64,000 nucleotides of DNA from Haplodiscus bocki (lineage: Eukaryota), in NCBI GenBank assembly GCA_965655095.1, contig OZ296650.1, forward strand, positions 124,868,001 to 124,932,000. Reading direction: 5' to 3'. Made by a program: the position numbers and the translations under genes. Shown in pieces: positions 41,831 through 53,636 of the stretch; positions within the stretch are counted from its first letter, which is position 1, and each line of letters begins with the position of its first letter. The notes under the pieces were generated by a model that did no database searches, was not told the DNA's origin, and was given only the letters and a program-made list of their open reading frames with translations.

Positions 41831-43425
41831 TGGACAACAGTTACAACACCAGGCAAGTTCAATACTAATTGTGTCTTTTAGTATTCCCTCAAGGAACGCG
41901 GGGATGCTTAATGACTGATACCTAGCCCTTCGTTTCTAGGGCGTAGGAAAGGCAACTGGATTGCCAATAGACGACGGATCAGAAATAAAACCTATTCTCC
42001 CACTTAACTTCTCCGGCTACTCCCACCCGCATATCTTCCCCAAACCCCTGTACCAAAATTGTGATATTCTCAATCTTTTTAAAATATCTTTTCCCATAGC
42101 TTGGGAAACCAACGCCGTTATCGGAATACTATCTCAGATTAGAAGTGAAACCTTTTCACCACCTGAACTTCCCGGTCATTTCCCCCTCTAGTGTTCTTCA
42201 GTCAATGCACCTTTAGAGGTGAAATTTTGTTCAATTTGCCCAATCTCACAGGCAACATGCTGACCTATTGGGTCCTCCCTTGACCCTTATTCGGTTTTTC
42301 CGCGAATTGGGATAAATGATGTCGAAATTTCCCGGGGTATACACTCTCATAATTATATTGAAAGAACCCAGAAAATTGTTGATTTGCTCGCTCGCACCGC
42401 TAACATGATGATCCGTATGGTCCCTCCTGCACCACGAAGCTTTGCTGCATTTTGAAAAAAAATCAAACTTCCAAAAATGTGCCAAAATGTTCATGCACAC
42501 ACCCGGCGAAGTCGCAAAATTCCGTACAAAAAATCGAGTTGCATCAAAATTACTTCCTAACATTGAAATTTTCCGACTTCTTGAATTACGTTTAGAAATT
42601 GGGAATGTATTATCCAGAAAGTGATAAATGTAAAGTGCCAAGTTTCAGCGTTTTGAAAATTTCTACTGAGGGATCCATTCATTTTGCAAATTTTAGCAAT
42701 CAAAGACAGCTACAGAACTTTTGACGGATCTAAGATCTATTGTACAAGCTCAGAGGCACGTTTCCAAGCGGAACCTTTCTCAAAAATTTCAAATTTAGAA
42801 TTTGTTTGGCCAGCGCGCAGCAACTTTCGACATTGTCAAAAATTTGTTCGGGATCAGACATCGGAAGAGCATTCGAAAACATAATAATTTGTTAAGTGCA
42901 GACAGCAACGTTTGAACAATCTGACGTTACGACGTCTCCCTATAATATCGAATACATAGGGCTTCGATTTTGAAAAGTAGTTCAAGAAGGTAAGTTTAAG
43001 AAATGTGCTGTATTGTCGGCATGTATTGCTACTATAAATCCAATCATATCAGCAACTCTCGAAAAATTACAAATATCTCACAATTTCAAAAGTTGTCTAA
43101 ACTTCAGAAAGCTCAAATTAAAATAGTCTGTGCAACGATCGTTCTTTCATCTCTTCAATCTTCTACTATTTTCAAAATTGTACATTACAATATTAGATTA
43201 TTAGACTACACTATTACACTACATTATTAGATGAATGCTTTCCAAAATTATCACTCGATAGGATGAGGCAAACTACAACTTAAACACTTAAGTCAAAAAA
43301 CAAAATTACATAAGTCACACATACAATTGAAACAGAAATTAACACCTTGACATTCATATTTGTGTGGATAATTATTGCAAGCACAAGCTTTACAAAACCT
43401 GAGAGAAATTCGACCACATTGGTCA

Positions 43426-44217
43426 TAGAGCGACCGTTTTAACTTTATTCTGCTCCATGGCTAAAACTAACAGGGCGTCCTTCGCGTAATCCATAAACAA
43501 CAGCTCGAGACTTGAATAGTGAGTCAATTACCCTTAATAGTTTTTGATGAAACTAAACAAAACTTCATCGTTACCTTACCAGAAAAACAATGTCTACTGA
43601 TAAAATTCAAATCATATTGTGCTAACCTTATACAGTTTACACTCACATTACTTAAACACAAAACTTTAACATTTTATAATTCGTTAGCAAAGAGTTCTTT
43701 GCCTTCACAAAATTACGTTCAAGCAGTTATAAAAATATATAACGTTCTAATCTTTCAAACATTGCACATTTCATACAAACCTTGCAAAACTACCTTTACG
43801 TTAGTTCACAATGATACCCTTGACTTGTGTGCTTGATTACTTGACCTTCGCCCCGATTATTCACTATTTATAACCTATTTAGAACGATAGAATAGACCCG
43901 AAATTGATCAAAACATAACAAGCCAAGCAGTCTAGAAGCGAGTTGCAGTAATATTCAACAATTTTAACCAGACTTTCCTGTTCTGCAGTAACCAGAACTT
44001 CTCCGCAAGTTGAAAATAATGTAAATGTTTTTTTTTATAACGAAACAGCAAACCTTGTTAATTTATATCTTCATTTATTGAAGTTTTTGCCAGAGCAATA
44101 GCAAAAAAAAGAAAAGCACAATCAAAACAACCTTTTGAAACAAGCGTCCACGCATCCGAGAGAAAAATAGAAAAAACCTCTTGTAATGGGTTTAACAGCA
44201 AAATCACGGTAGTTAAA
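43426..44217 (+). repeat. 5' LTR
   Basis: Aligns end to end with 53637-54445 (AGCGACCGTT...CAGGGCGTCC.TCGCGTAATCCATAAACAA through TTTAACAGCAAAATCACGGT.GTTAAA). About 85% identity counted by hand over the first ~105 bp. Confidence 0.9.
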
Positions 44218-44218
44218 T

Positions 44219-44236
44219 TGGTGACAGGAGTGGGAT
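44219..44236 (+). promoter_or_regulatory. Primer-binding site complementary to tRNA-Leu 3' end
   Basis: TGGTGACAGGAGTGGGAT lies 1 nt after the LTR. It matches 17/18 to the reverse complement of the typical animal tRNA-Leu(CAG) 3' end ATCCCACTCCTGACACCA (recalled). Confidence 0.85.
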
Positions 44237-45496
44237 TGCTCTAGTTGCTTAGAGTCAAACCATTATTTCAGCGTGACTTAGTTTGAACTCTTCCAAACTG
44301 CCTTAAGACTTTCTTCTCGGGACTTGTCCCGTGCTAATTCTAGTTGTGCTCCCTGGCGAAAAACCACCGTAGACGGCAGATAGGGCCCATAGGCTAAGAA
44401 AATTCACTTAGTACGGCCAAATAGGCAAATTTTTGAAATTTTGTTAAATCTTCACCACAAAACCGATAGTCTAGTTCAATGAAAACCAAATGTACATTTG
44501 CAAAAACGTTGAAACGTCGATTAATTAGAAGCATCTCGTCACTTTCGAATTCTCAGTCCATCAGCCGACTTTTTAACCCCATGAAAAATTGATTTCTTCG
44601 CAACTAGCTTTACCTTAACCCTGCCCCATGTTCCATAACCGTACTAACCAACTACCCCGTTACATTTTGAACCGTACCTCACCATGCATTCCGCCTCCCC
44701 GGTACTCAAAAACTGAACGGTTCGGTCCACGCTTGGACTCAAGTTTCGTATATTTAACGTTGATTTTCGCGCTCCCTGTAATCGTATTGATTTTCTTAGA
44801 TAGTTTTGTGCCAAGTTCTCATAATGACGCATCTCGAAAAATTTCGGAGTTGTTCCACGGAAAGACAGCCTAGCGGTGTGATGGTTTTTGGAAAAATAAG
44901 CAAACTAGCAGCTGATTTTCATTTTTCATTGCGAGCCACTATCTGACGACCACCACAAAACCTAACAATTCCTCGTTTTCTCACAAACTGGAGGTTTTGA
45001 GTTAACTCACCAATTCGACAAACCCCGAAACCCGCTCGTAATTTTACGTCTACCCAATCAGTAGGTTGATTGGCCCATTCACTCTAGTTGTGTCATCGAT
45101 ACCAAACGCGCCAAAAAGGTTATTGATTATCCCCTGTTATCACTGTCAAATAGCTCAATTTCGTATTCATGTAAAACATCAAGTCCAGAACACCCCATTG
45201 CTCACCCAACAACTCAAAACTCTTGTTGCAGCAAAAACTAGAAGACTTCCACTACAACCATCATCCAAGTGAAATAGACTCTTCCCAATCACACTTCTTC
45301 AGCTCTAAGTAGTACTTCTACAGCCGGACTCTCCACCACGTTTTTCACCAGATTGCGTGACATTTGGTTAGAAAACCTCGAAAAACATGAACACTTCTCG
45401 TACCATTCGGTACCTCAGACGTTTCAATAACCACTCTTCTTAACCTCTTGTCATCTCCAACTGCATCAGACCCTTTGAGTAGAGGTCGCAGAACGC

Positions 45497-45802
45497 TTGA
45501 TGCCACGTTATCAAGAGGACGACCGTCATTCCGTTAATTTTCTTCGGAACTCGCCAGGTAACGGCATTTTGTACATGAACAAAATTGTTTGGAACGGATA
45601 CGGAGATCCTATTAAACTTTCCGGGTACAACTCTCAACCCGTTCCGCCAAGTGACATTTGTCTTGAAGTTTTTCCCCTCAGGCCGAATTGGACGAGTCTT
45701 TATTGGCGTCTGACTGAGTACCAGCAGTTAAAAATCGGAAACCCCGTCAACGAGCACGTTTTTGGAGAATTGGTTGACTATCTTGCCATGAGCACCGATT
45801 AA
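45497..45802 (+). pseudogene. Possible extra ORF upstream of gag, unknown product; probably begins further upstream through stops
   Basis: 101-aa globular-looking frame (..GILYMNKIVWNGYGDPIKLSGY..WTSLYWRLTEY..) ending 59 nt before the gag start. No family recognised. Confidence 0.35.
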
Positions 45803-45860
45803 AACTTGAGACATTTCAAGTTTTTTTCTCACTGAATCAATTTGAAGTTTGGATAAATAA

Positions 45861-47189
45861 ATGAAGCTCAGTCCGAAAAGGAACTGGGCGCAGCTGAGCA
45901 AGCAAGCACCACAGAGGCAGCCCCACAAGGGCCTGGAAATTCCACCAAAACCACTTCAACACCTGGAGCGGCCTTCCACAGCCGGATTTTCCATCATCTA
46001 TCCGACAGTAACTTCATTTCTTCCGTTCCCTGGAATGCCTGGAGGACCTCCCAGTGCAAGAGTTACCCTACCGTCATGTCTCATGCCCGAATCGTTCAAC
46101 GCTTCCGGCGACTTCGAAAATTACCTCCAACAATTCAATACAGCAGCCGTGCTGGCCGCCTGGTTCTCCACCGAGACATGATCACCGACCACAATACTTC
46201 GCACTTCGGTTGAGAGAGAATGAGTTGCATTTCTATACATCCTTGTGCCCGGATCACCAAGCCGACTATGATCTACTCGTGGACGCATTTCGACAGAATT
46301 ACACCAAACGTTTTGGAAGCGAGTCTGAAATCTCCCAAGCAGCAACCTGAACAGGAAATCGCCAACTTTGCGATTTACGCACTTTAGCACGTCACGCTTA
46401 TCGCGCCAGCCCACACTTGATTGACCAGATAGTACTCATGAGCTTCGTCCAAGGATTAAAGAGTCCCACTCTTCACTGCGAATTGAGGAAAGCACAAGCC
46501 AGGACAGTGGAAGAAGCACTAACGCTAGCAGTAGAACTCGACTCGTTCGTCGCACTGGAAAGGACAAATTATCCAGACTCCGCCAGCCAAAAAAACTTCA
46601 GTGTGAACCAAATTGGTAGTGCAACCTGAGTCCGACACAGTCGAGGTACTGGTACGGTCCTCAAGGAACGAGGTGGATATTATAAAGCGTTCCACTCATC
46701 ACAGAAACGATTCACTTGACAAACATAGAAACCGGACCGATTCCCTGGACAAAAACAAAGAACGTAATAACACAAGGGAGCACACGCCAACCGTTTCGAG
46801 TCAACGGACCGAAATCAGCAAAAATCCAGGTATTCAGATGAAAAAAGGAAGAATTGGGATGACAGGAATTTTCGATCTTTCCGTTTCGAGCTTCATAGCT
46901 GAAATCAAAACGGCAGACGGAACAATTACTCGCGTTACGGATTCAGAGACCGGATAAGAACAGACAAAGCCTCCCTTATACGAAAACACCAAACCAGCAA
47001 CCCAATAATCACAGAAACGATCATTTACCGAACACACAACGCAACAATTCAGATAGCCGAAGTCAATCATGTCATCATTCTGGACGATCAAATCATTTTT
47101 CAAACAAATGCAAAGCATGCTTCAATTGCAAACGCATCGGACACTTCCACCACCATTGCAAGGCACCGAGAGCCAATCCGTTAACCTAA
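45861..47189 (+). pseudogene. gag: gag (frameshifted)
   Basis: Capsid-like segments PESFNASGDFENYLQQF, LRLRENELHFY..YDLLVDAFRQNY and FVQGLKSPTLHCELRK..TVEEALTLA. CCHC knuckle CFNCKRIGHFHHHC at 47118-47159, preceded by a degenerate second knuckle. Stop at 47187-47189. Confidence 0.85.
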
Positions 47190-50100
47190 AACAGTCTACG
47201 CCAGCGGGTAGACATGAATACAGAGAATGGCCCAGAACAAAGTACCATTTTAAATTCAGTGGCCGACCCTCGTAGTGTTCTTGTTGCCATTCAAGTGTGT
47301 GACAGATCAACTGAAGCAGCCTGACTGCGGGGAAAAAGTTTCTTGTGTGAGCCCAGTCATTTTTGAGGATCTGCGGAAGACAAACGAGAATCAACTGCCG
47401 GAGTGCAACATGAACTTCAAGGCTGCCAACGGCCTACCTATCGGCGTCAAACGGATTAACAGGGTCCCCCTTATGATTGGAAACAAACATTATGAACATG
47501 AATTTCATGTTTTAGAGAACACTGAAACTGACTACGTACTGGGAATAGATTTCCTGGAAAGTAATCAATGTGATCCTCCGTTTTCTCGGATGGAATTCAG
47601 ACTCGATCCAAGCCATTCCATTCGGATGAATCACAAAACTTTCGACTATCACACCAATACGGTTTTTCGAGTCGTAGCGACCGAAACAACCCTGGTACCA
47701 CCAGGCCACACCAAAATTCTTTCAGCACATATCCCATATTGGAAGAAACCACCCGTCACCCTAAACGCTGTCTGCGAGCCTCAAAGCAAACTTTCCCCCG
47801 GAAACGAATTCTCAGTTACAAATATAAAGTTCAACTACTCCAATGAAGTTATCCCAATTGCTCTAGAGAACAGAGCTGAGTCTGATGTGACAATTTATAA
47901 AAACACAGCGCTTGGCTTCTCCAAAGTCATTCCTGAAGATTGTTGAATAGTGTTAACCCCAAGCCGAAATTCGTTCCCGTCAAGCAACTTCGCAAGTACG
48001 ACCAGCGCCACGTTCCCCAATCAATTGATTCCAGCGAGCCACCAGACTTCCAAAACAAATTTAAAGACCTCGTTCAGGATTCAGGAGTAAATTCTCAAAA
48101 AGCGAATAGGACCTCAGCAAGTGCGACGTGATAACACATATAATCGAAGTTTATCCAGGTGCCTAGCCAGTGAAGCTTCCGAAGCGACGAATGCCCTTGC
48201 ACTGCAAGCAGGATTTGCACGATAAAGTGGACGATTTTTTGGAGAAAGCCTTGATAGCTTATAGTCATAGCCCCTACAACGCCCCCGCCATGTTGGTGCC
48301 GAAGAAAAATGGGAAACCACGCCTCGTCATAGATTACCGCCAGCTCAACAAACAATCACGTCAAGCTGGCTGATCCCATCTATAGAAGAAATTTTCCACA
48401 CATTAGATGGAAGCTCTTTATTTTCTACAAACGACATGTCCGCAGGTTTTTACTATGTCCCAATGGACACAACCAATCAGAACTTCACCGTTTTCAGTAT
48501 TTCTTTCGGTTCCTTCAAATGGCTTCGAATGCCAATGGGTCTGACGGAAAGTCTAAAAACTTTCCGAAATTTGATGGAGCAGAATTTGGCCGGTCTCACA
48601 TGGAAGTCATGTGCACCATTCTTGGACTATTCCAGCATCTTTTCGAGGACCCCAAAGGAACACGTTTCACAAATTCCGCAAAGTTTCCCAACGCCTTCAT
48701 GATGCTAACCTGAAAATTTTAGTTGCAAAATGTTCCTTCTTTTAAACAAAAATGCCGTTCCTGGGCCACATTAACAGTAAAGACGGCCTCCAAATTGACC
48801 CCGGAAAAGTTGATGTCGTAAGGAAGTCTTCTACAGAAATCAAACAGAAGTAAAACCCTTCCTGGGACTAGCATCCTATTACAGGCGTTATGTCTCCAAT
48901 TTCGCCGCCATTGCCAGCCCTCTACACAAGGCGAGTGCAACTTCTTCCATGTTCTTTGGACTGAAGAAGCCTAGGACGGTTTTGAGACCCTGAAATCCCG
49001 CTTAACGTCAAAAACTATTGCCTTTCCGTGTCTCCAACAGCCTTCATTCTGTATACTGATGCAAGTCAGTCTGCTATAGGAACTGTTTTCCCTCAAGTAC
49101 AGGATGGTATGGAAAACCAATTGTTACACTTCCAAAGCACTTTTGAAGTCGCAAACAAAATATCCAGCAACTCGTCGCAAACTCCTTGCCATCGTAACTT
49201 TTACAAGACACTTCCGTCACAACTTGCTGGGACGGAAGTTTACGATAGTAACTGACCATAGGGCACTACAATGGCTACACAATTTCAAAGATCCGGACGG
49301 AATGACAGCCCGTTAGTTAGAAAAAATAGCGTTTTTCGATTACACGGTTCGCCAGAAGCCCGGAACGTCAATCGGTCATGCCGATGGCCTCTCAAGAGTG
49401 CCCTCCCTTGAAGGGAATGTTGTTGCACACAAGAGCAGCCAAATCGATTTCCCACATCAAGATGAAAGCAATCAGTGGGGGCATTCCACTATGACACAAA
49501 AGGATGACGATGACCATGCATCCACCAGTTCCGAGGAATGGCGTAACCGAGAAATTCCGCGATATTCCCTAATTTCTCCAGACATTCTGAATGCGGCAAT
49601 TCGCTACCAGGATATCATTGCCGACCTTTTCCATTCAACAGACTCCCTCACACATTGTCTCCGCCGACTCCAAAAGGTCAGCCGGCATAGCCCGCAAAAT
49701 CGAGATGAATTTCTCGACGATCTATACCAACAATTTTGATCATAGATTGAATCCACTGTGGCCGCAATGGATACCCAGTCAGAAAAGATACATTTACAAT
49801 TTACTTACCAAACAAAAGCTCCACAAAAAGCCAACTCAAGGAATGTTGCACGCTTCCCCCGAAACGTATGAGGACGCATGAGGAGAACGGAGTTCATCAA
49901 ATTAGCATGCCCTGCATCGGTTCCGGTCTCGACAAACTCGAGTAGAACGTGCTTCGACAACTTTTTCAAGACATCACCAGTTGCCATCGTTGTGTACCTT
50001 AAAGAGGAACTTGGGTCAGCATCATCAGCACAAGCAACCTAGGCTGTTAATCCATTAGTCAAACACAACAAGCTAATGAAAGCTTGAGACATGTCAGAGA

Positions 50101-50311
50101 ATGGGTCAGAAGATGCACATCCCGACACAATGAGTTAGAAGGCCTACCCCGTCAATGATGTAAAAGTATAACCAATTAGCCAGCCTCTACCTCCATGAAG
50201 ACGTGCTTCGCCGAAAATTTGAACCCCCTGACGGCAGCGAACCTTACCTCCAAAAGATTATCCCTCCCGCCCCGGTCTCCGAAATTATCTTATCACTCCA
50301 TAACTCCGCCA
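47190..50311 (+). pseudogene. pol: pol: protease - RT - RNase H - macrodomain - integrase N-terminus (disrupted; integrase core deleted)
   Basis: PR: DCG at 47323, FKAANG, VLGIDFL. RT: SPYNAPAMLVPKKNGKPRLVIDYRQLNK, DMSAGF, RMPMGL, and FLDY in place of YLDD at 48619. RH: FILYTDAS, KLLAIV, FTIVTDHRALQWL, HADGLSR. IN lead-in: QKIIPP..EIILSLHNS. Confidence 0.92.
49599..50002 (+). pseudogene. TARG1/OARD1 (Poa1p/DarG-class) macrodomain within pol
   Basis: Stitched over frameshifts: IIADLFHSTDSLTHC/VSADSKRSAGIARK..RYIYNLLTKQKLHKKPT../GVHQISMPCIGSGLDKLE*NV. This parallels TARG1 GDLF..SLAHCISED..GAGIA..RYIYYLITK..KPT..GVTDLSMPRIGCGLDRLQW. Confidence 0.88.
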
Positions 50312-51228
50312 CGGAATGTGTTCTTCTGCCCGATGCACCACAAGCATTTTATTCACCCGACGGAATGTACGATAAAGTATCAAGAGATCTCAATATCCAG
50401 ATGAACGAAATGTGGCGCCGCAGGCTTCTATATTTCCACTTTATCGGGCGAGAATTGCCTTGTCCGCCCAAGCTCTAAAAGCAAAATTTCTTTCAACCAA
50501 AAGACCTAGAATTGGTTCCTGACAAGGAATTCTGTAAAATTAACCCAGAGCCATCGCTGGCTACGACCGAACTTACCCTGACCCTTGATCAAATTTTCAA
50601 ACAAGTCTCCAACGCCACACACAAATTTCACAGTTACTCTATTGCAGAGGCACGGCATTCTGTTCTGAGCACCGTCCATCTTGAATTAGCAGAACTCCCA
50701 AACGTCAAACGTATGTCTCCAGAGACACTTGCCGATCTAACTCGTCCTATTGCCAAAGATTACTAGTCCATTTCAGCAGCCACATCGGCAACACTTTCCT
50801 CATATCACCCCATTTGTACGGCCGTCCTTTTTTCTATGGTTTCTATCACGTTGTCTCTACCAACCTTCTGTATTAATTTCACACTTTAACGTCGAAAATG
50901 GAGACGTCTGTTTGCACATCCACAGCGCTTCTTCCGTGGGATATTCGGTCGTATTCTTCAGACGAAAGATTTTCAGCCTACTGCTTCTCATGAATCTTTT
51001 CTGTATTTGTCGGTAACCGAGTTTAAAGCTTTGCAAGCTCTTGCCAAGGAAGATTCTCACCGCCCTACTTTAAACACTCCACTCAATCCTCATGAAACCA
51101 TTAACATTATTACTAAACCTACTAACAACCTTCCAGCTCATTCATTCGTTTCTACCCATGCCCCTAACTTTCCACAGCGTTTTTATTCAATAATCAGCGC
51201 CCCCACATACAGTGCACCATCAACCTAA
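50312..51228 (+). pseudogene. C-terminal remnant of an env-like membrane protein
   Basis: Lies downstream of IN. Cys-containing segment (CLVRPS..DLELVPDKEFC), hydrophobic stretch AVLFSMVSITLSLPTFCINFTL (50821-50886), basic RRKWRR, then a P/T/S-rich tail. Contains internal stops. Confidence 0.5.
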
Positions 51229-51529
51229 CACTTCTGCAACCCCTTTACTGTACTTCTTCACCTATAGCAATCACCTTTTGACTGAAAGTCTTTACTTCCA
51301 ACCCCGTTGAATAGAGATGGCTTTTCCGCATCTCTAGTAAGCAGATCATCTCTGCCTCTCTACTTGGCATGTTTCCATGCCTTTCTTTTCAGTTGCTCAG
51401 TTTTGCAAACACGTTTCCGTGTTATCTATAATCACCATATGTTTCCCTATGTCTCTCTTGTGCACCCCCTTGTTTGTCATTCCCCTTAGCACCCGTTTTT
51501 CTCTGATCAGTGTGATCGAGTGGTAATGT

Positions 51530-52576
51530 TTTGTTCTTTAGGTCCTACTTCAACTTTTCCCAACAACCCCAACAGTCCTTGTCCGTCTTGACCAGCTCGA
51601 TCCGGATCCATTCTGATGCAGTCAACGACCACGTATTCTTGGTAGAAGATCTACAGTACAGGGTCACAAAGATCTTCCCTGAGGATGGCAGCAGTCGGCT
51701 CCAAAAATCAATTGCCGGATAGCCCCTTCAAGTTGCAACCCCTGTCACCTCCGAGGCTTCGGTTACGGCCGATCTGCCTACGTCAAACTGCCTTTGCCCC
51801 AAACAGACACCTCCTCAAATTCTCTGACATTTCTGACACCGCTGTTCAGGTACACGTGCCCCAAAGGGATGCGATGGATGAGTGGATTTCGCTGATGACG
51901 ATTATTCCTCCGTTGACAATCTAGAAAAGGCTGTTTCCGAGGCTCGCAAGCAGTCGCAGATACAGCTTCATACGACACAGCATACAGAAGCTTCTCTTCA
52001 ATCACAGGTTGCGTCCCTGACTGAATTGAAGCACCTCCGGTCCTGTCTCCAGGACCTTAATCACACACACAGCGAACTTATGAGCCACTCAATGGAACAA
52101 CTCGAAACGATCGGCTAGTTGCGCAGTCAACTGGCTTCCAAATCATCGAACTCCGAGGCCATATTACCCCTTCTACGAGTTACTTTTGACCCTGCCCATC
52201 GATTTCGAAGATGATCTCATACCGGATGACACCTCATATCACTTCCTCTGCTGTGCGCCAAATGCTGACGCCGCGACACTCCGGATTTGCTAACTTGTGG
52301 CTCAAATGTCTTCACCCGGACAAATCTTCGACGCCAGATGACCCTCTGGTTCAAGCCGCTAGCCGCCTGGTTACTTTCATCACATGGATCAAGCGGACCG
52401 TCACCACACCAGCCCTCCGTCAAGTCTACGATCATTGCGGCCTGGAAGGTCTGCGCCGTCTGCGAAACACTCTTCGCCGTTCGCGATGCACTCCCAGCTC
52501 ACCAGATAGGTTTCCCGCACAGCAGGTGTGCCCTGAGTATCCTCAATTGGAGCTGCCCTTCAGCTACGGCACATAG
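51530..52576 (+). pseudogene. Accessory ORF: coiled coil followed by a DnaJ-like J-domain (disrupted)
   Basis: Heptad-like LEKAVSEARKQSQIQL..LQSQVASLTELKHL (51882..52118). Frame 52211..52576 has LKCLHPDK (HPD at 52313) and PALRQVYDHCGLEGLR. Confidence 0.7.
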
Positions 52577-52752
52577 GCGCCCTCCCGCTTCCCTTGCCTT
52601 CGTACCGCCGGCTTCGCTTGTGTGGGATCTGTTCTCTTAATGCCCCCCTTTTCTGCTGAGTCTTGTGTGCCCTTCGCTGGGTTTGTCTTGTGCTGTGTCT
52701 TCAATACTGAGACAGCGTTGTTTTCAGCTCCTGGAGTAGTTGCGTCTCGGAC

Positions 52753-53410
52753 GATGCATATCTTTGGTGCCAGTTCATTAGCTGCTGCTTTAAAAACTCT
52801 CTTTGATGGTGTCTTCAAACGGCGACGTTCTTTAACTGCCATTCCTGGACTACATTTAGTACAACGCTCTGCCCGATTCCCCTAGAAAACAGTCCAATTT
52901 CAACTTAAGAAACTTCTGCGTCTCAACAAAAACAAATTAAAGTTCAAAATCTTTCTATGGCATGACACCATTAACAAATCAATTACGCCGCACTCAAACT
53001 TCTACAAACCTTTAAGTCCCCAAGATCTCGTCGAACAAATCCGTGCTCTTCCTTCTCCCGTCTCTACAATCGTATACTGTCAGTGGATTATCTCTCCTCC
53101 ATTTTTCGACCACCTACGACAATCCTTCTTGACTGTTCATGCCGTCAGACACCTCTTATTCGACCGTAAACTCAAGAATAACGCCTTACTTCGAAAACAC
53201 AGCGACCTCCATTTAGACAACCCAATAGAAATCAGCATGTTCTTCCTGATATCCAAACATATTAGTGACCTCCGCCAACTAACCAAGAAATCCAGATTCA
53301 GCAACAAGCGACGCCGGTCACTCTTCCGACAACAACAACAACTACCGGAGCAACCACCACCTCAACAACATCTTCATCACCAACGACACCAAGAAATACA
53401 TACGCGTTAA
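52753..53410 (+). pseudogene. Accessory ORF, possibly SGNH/GDSL-hydrolase-like, with basic and Q/P/H-rich tail
   Basis: MHIFGASSL...TAIPGL, then a frameshift near 52882, then IFLWHDTINKSITPHSNFYKPLSPQDLVEQIRALPSPVSTIVYC. The frame stays open to 53410 and includes NKRRR and QQQQ. Confidence 0.4.
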
Positions 53411-53625
53411 CCCAACATTACCCTCCTCTGGTGCAGTAACCGCAACACCTATTTCAACACAACTAACAGTACATCTTCTCCTTCAGCTTTACCAAAAACT
53501 TTCTTCTTGCCGGCTCTGCTGCTTTCTGGTTTCTCTTCGTTAGACCTCTTCAGTAGTGATCTTCGAGGGGTCGCTAATTGGACAGCAGTTCCTGCTCTCT
53601 CGGTGCGGGGACGCAATCTCACAGC

Positions 53626-53632
53626 AGAGGGA
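53626..53632 (+). promoter_or_regulatory. Short polypurine tract remnant
   Basis: AGAGGGA lies 4 nt upstream of the 3' LTR. Confidence 0.4.
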
Positions 53633-53636
53633 CTGC

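Noticed and set aside
41920-43420. Possible further interspersed repeat (42148-42183 resembles 60418-60455) and the 131-aa minus-strand ORF at 42246..42641
   Set aside because: The similarity is too short to define an element; no termini or protein motif were recognised.
47650-47940. dUTPase after the protease (TTLVPPG motif)
   Set aside because: The five dUTPase motifs are not recognisable; treated as the PR-RT linker region.
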